A DNA stretch of 62,590 nt, from the NCBI GenBank assembly GCA_964537265.1, contig CAZHZE010000004.1, positions 1 to 62,590 of the forward strand. The letters run 5' to 3'. Of the stretch, positions 59,791-62,590 are shown in pieces. The notes below the pieces were generated by a model. It ran no database searches and was not told the DNA's origin. It saw only the letters and a list, made by a program, of their open reading frames with translations. The position numbers were made by a program, and so were the translations under genes. Source of the DNA: an uncultured Gammaproteobacteria bacterium. GTDB taxonomy: Bacteria; Patescibacteriota; Patescibacteriia; Patescibacteriales; GWC2-42-12. The stretch's first letter is position 1, and each line of letters begins with the position of its first letter.

Positions 59791-62445
59791 ATGTATTTAG
59801 AAAAACTAGAAATTCAGGGATTTAAATCTTTTGCTAATAAAAATGTTTTAATTTTTCCCGGCATGTTAGGTAAAGACCAGCGCGGCATTACTTCCATCGT
59901 CGGTCCTAACGGCTCTGGCAAATCTAATATTGCCGATGCCGTGCGCTGGGCCCTAGGCGAGCAAAGCATGAAAACTTTACGCGGCAAAAAAAGTGAAGAT
60001 ATAATTTTTTCCGGCACTGATAAAAAAGGCCAATTAAGCATGGCGGAAGTTTCACTTTTCTTAAATAATGAAGACCATAAAGCCTCTATAGATTATTCCC
60101 AAGTTATTTTAACCCGCCGTATTTATCGCAATGGTGAAAGCGAATACTTAATTAATCAAAATCGCGTCCGCTTAACTGATGTACAAATACTTTTAGCCAA
60201 ATCAAATTTTGGACAAAAAACTTATAGCGTCATCGGCCAAGGCATGGTAGAGGGTTTTTTAAATACTACCCTTTCTGAAAGAAAAGAATTTTTTGACGAA
60301 GCTACTGGTGTTAAACAATTTCAAATTAAACGCGACGACTCGCTTAATAAATTAATACATAGCTACGAAAACTTAAATCAAGCTTCGATGCTTTTATCCG
60401 AAATTGAGCCGCGCCTAAAAAGCTTAACTAGGCAAGTTAATAAATTAAAAAAACGCGACGAGATTGAAGCCGAACTAAAAGAACTGCAAAAAAATTACTA
60501 TGGTAAAATCTGGCATGAAATAAATAATAAATTTAGCGATTACAATAAACAATTTTTAAATTTAGAAAAAATAAAATTAGACAAAGAAAAAAAGAATTCT
60601 CTTTTAAATCGGGAATTAGAACAATTAGAAAAACAAAATCAAAATAATGATGAATTTAATAATTGGCAAAAAGAATTAAGCCAATTGCAGAGCCAAAAAG
60701 AAATTTTAACTAAACAACTATCTAAATTAGAGGCTGAGCTAGAGGTAAAGCTAGAAAAAAGCGGTCAGTTTGATTTATCATGGCTAATTAATAAAAATTC
60801 GGAAATTGAAAAAGAGATAAAAAAATTAAACGAAGAAGCGTTAGGTTTGGAAAAAAATATTGAGCAAGAAAAACAAATACTTATTGGCCTGGAAAAAGAT
60901 AAAGAAAATATTAATACTAAAATTAACAAATTAAACGAAGAACTTTTAAAACACGGCTCAAATATAAGCGGCCAAGGAATGGGTAAAATTAATCAAGAAC
61001 TAAAAGCTTTAAAAGCTTTAATGGAAGAAATTGAACAAAGCGAAAATATAGCTAATATTAAAGCAATAATAGCTAAAACTCGGGAAAAAATAAAATTAAT
61101 TTTAAATATTTCCGGGGATATTTTAGAAAAAGAGAATTTAGAACAGGCACAAAAAAATTTAATGTCTTTAACTTATGAAAAAGAAGCCATTATGGCTAAA
61201 ATAAGCGAGAGCAGTTTCCGAATTTCTGCTAGATCAGAAAGAGTAAAATTGATTAGAGAAAGAAAAGACCAGCTAGAAGCAGAACTTAATGATATCACCA
61301 ACAAACTTAAAAATAATAAAGGGGCAATTAATTTAAACGAAAATAAAAAAGAACAAGATAATATAAAGAGTCAGATTGAAGAGTTGGATTTAAATGTTAG
61401 TATTATTAAAGAAAAATTAAACTCATTTAACGCCAAAGAGAATGAACAAAGAGTTAAACTTTTCTCTCTGCAAAAAAATCTGCAGAATATACAAAACGAA
61501 ATTAATGGTTTAAATAGCCAGCTAAACGAATTAAAAATAAATTCTACACGGTATGAAACTAAATTGGAAGATTTAGAAATTGAAATAAGAAATAGTTACG
61601 GAAATCTTAAAGAAATTATGGACACAAAAGTCGAAGGGCCGATTGATATTGAAATGGCTTTAGAAAAAATAAATTTTTTGAAGAGACAAATAGATCAAAT
61701 AGGCGGAATTGACCCGGAAATTGAAAAAGAATACATTGAAACTAAAGAGCGCTTTGATTATCTAGAAAATCAAACCCGTGATTTAAATGAAGCGGTTTCG
61801 TCTCTCGAAAAAATAATTAAAGAGCTTGATATTATAATTAAAGAACGTTTTGATAAAGAATTTAAAAACATTTCTGCTAAATTTGAAGAATATTTTAAAA
61901 TTCTTTTTAACGGCGGTTCGGCTAAAATTGTAAAAGTTTTGACCGAAGAATTGCCAGAAAATAAAAGTGAAGAAAAGAAAGAAAAAGCAGAAGATGGTCA
62001 AACAATTGAGAACGAAACAATCGAGGATAAATTCGCGGCCAATTTAAAAAGAATAAAATATCTGCAAAAATATAATGCCACCGGTTTAGCTGGCATTGAA
62101 ATTATGGCCACACCTCCAGGAAAAAAAATAAAAGCCATTACTATGCTATCTGGCGGCGAGAGAGCTTTAACAGCTATTGGTCTAATTTGCGCTATTATTA
62201 GCTGTAACCCGGCGCCATTTGTTGTTTTAGATGAAGTTGACGCTTCATTAGATGAAGCCAACTCTGAAAGATTAGCAAAAATTTTAGACGACTTATCTCA
62301 TAAAACTCAATTTATAGTTATTACTCATAATCGCGCTTCTATGCGCCGCGCCAATGTTCTTTATGGAGTCACTATGGAAGAAAGTGGCGTGTCAAAACTC
62401 TTAAGCATAAAACTGGACGAAGCTAACGCAGTAATAAAAAATTAA
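59791..62445 (+). CDS. smc: Smc-family ATPase, short, no recognisable hinge
   Basis: GFKSFA, GPNGSGKSN, RWALGEQS, LSGGE, LDEVDASLDE, ITHN; middle is coiled coil only. Confidence 0.88.
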   Translation: MYLEKLEIQGFKSFANKNVLIFPGMLGKDQRGITSIVGPNGSGKSNIADAVRWALGEQSMKTLRGKKSEDIIFSGTDKKGQLSMAEVSLFLNNEDHKASIDYSQVILTRRIYRNGESEYLINQNRVRLTDVQILLAKSNFGQKTYSVIGQGMVEGFLNTTLSERKEFFDEATGVKQFQIKRDDSLNKLIHSYENLNQASMLLSEIEPRLKSLTRQVNKLKKRDEIEAELKELQKNYYGKIWHEINNKFSDYNKQFLNLEKIKLDKEKKNSLLNRELEQLEKQNQNNDEFNNWQKELSQLQSQKEILTKQLSKLEAELEVKLEKSGQFDLSWLINKNSEIEKEIKKLNEEALGLEKNIEQEKQILIGLEKDKENINTKINKLNEELLKHGSNISGQGMGKINQELKALKALMEEIEQSENIANIKAIIAKTREKIKLILNISGDILEKENLEQAQKNLMSLTYEKEAIMAKISESSFRISARSERVKLIRERKDQLEAELNDITNKLKNNKGAINLNENKKEQDNIKSQIEELDLNVSIIKEKLNSFNAKENEQRVKLFSLQKNLQNIQNEINGLNSQLNELKINSTRYETKLEDLEIEIRNSYGNLKEIMDTKVEGPIDIEMALEKINFLKRQIDQIGGIDPEIEKEYIETKERFDYLENQTRDLNEAVSSLEKIIKELDIIIKERFDKEFKNISAKFEEYFKILFNGGSAKIVKVLTEELPENKSEEKKEKAEDGQTIENETIEDKFAANLKRIKYLQKYNATGLAGIEIMATPPGKKIKAITMLSGGERALTAIGLICAIISCNPAPFVVLDEVDASLDEANSERLAKILDDLSHKTQFIVITHNRASMRRANVLYGVTMEESGVSKLLSIKLDEANAVIKN

Positions 62446-62531
62446 AAATAATAAAAAAATAAATAACCGCTTTAGGCGGTTTTTTATTTTAATGATATAA
62501 TAAATTTATTATTTAGTTATTTTTTATTATT

Positions 62532-62590
62532 ATGTCTTCAAAAATTCTTTCTGCCGCGGTGGTTGGGCTCGATGCCGAGCTGGTTGAAGT
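62532..62590 (+). CDS. comM: ComM/YifB Mg-chelatase-like ATPase, N-terminal fragment
   Basis: MSSKILSAAVVGLDAELVE resembles the ComM N-terminus; truncated by window edge. Confidence 0.6.
   Translation, partial: MSSKILSAAVVGLDAELVE

Noticed and set aside
6372-62261. Many short antisense or overlapping ORFs in the track (e.g. 6372, 19970-22122, 24980-25408, 28033-28696, 34518-35156, 39233-40054, 57946-59094, 59814-62261)
   Set aside because: They are shadows of well-supported genes on the opposite strand, with no independent motifs or start signals

Overview
AT-rich chromosomal window from a small-genome bacterium. Gene content, terse spacers and mostly SD-less gene starts are most consistent with Patescibacteria/CPR (inference). 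It holds the 5' ~2.2 kb of a 23S rRNA gene with its own promoter and no 16S upstream, 5 tRNAs, and mostly housekeeping genes (pilT, rnc, nusB, rpmF, queA, ruvB/C, infB, rbfA, clpP, rny, HU, recQ, folD, glyA, trpS, tsaD, smc). No CRISPR array, transposase, integrase or prophage structural gene is visible. Most notable: (1) Elp3 plus a Trm9/ALKBH8-like methyltransferase, suggesting a eukaryote/archaea-type wobble-uridine pathway; (2) a dispersed family of 7-bp-period repeat elements, both intergenic and in-frame inside proteins; (3) about ten stand-alone orphan cassettes with strong SD, often preceded by a boxA-like motif shared with the 23S leader, plus three ORF-less units of similar build; (4) a T-box leader with a likely Trp specifier, followed by an unannotated 53-aa Zn-ribbon ORF, trpB2 and trpS; (5) a CPHC-thioredoxin / CxxC membrane protein / helical protein operon; (6) a glgA-GH57-kinase-methyltransferase-glgA alpha-glucan cluster; (7) an Smc with no visible hinge. 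All product calls come from motifs read by eye; no database search was run.
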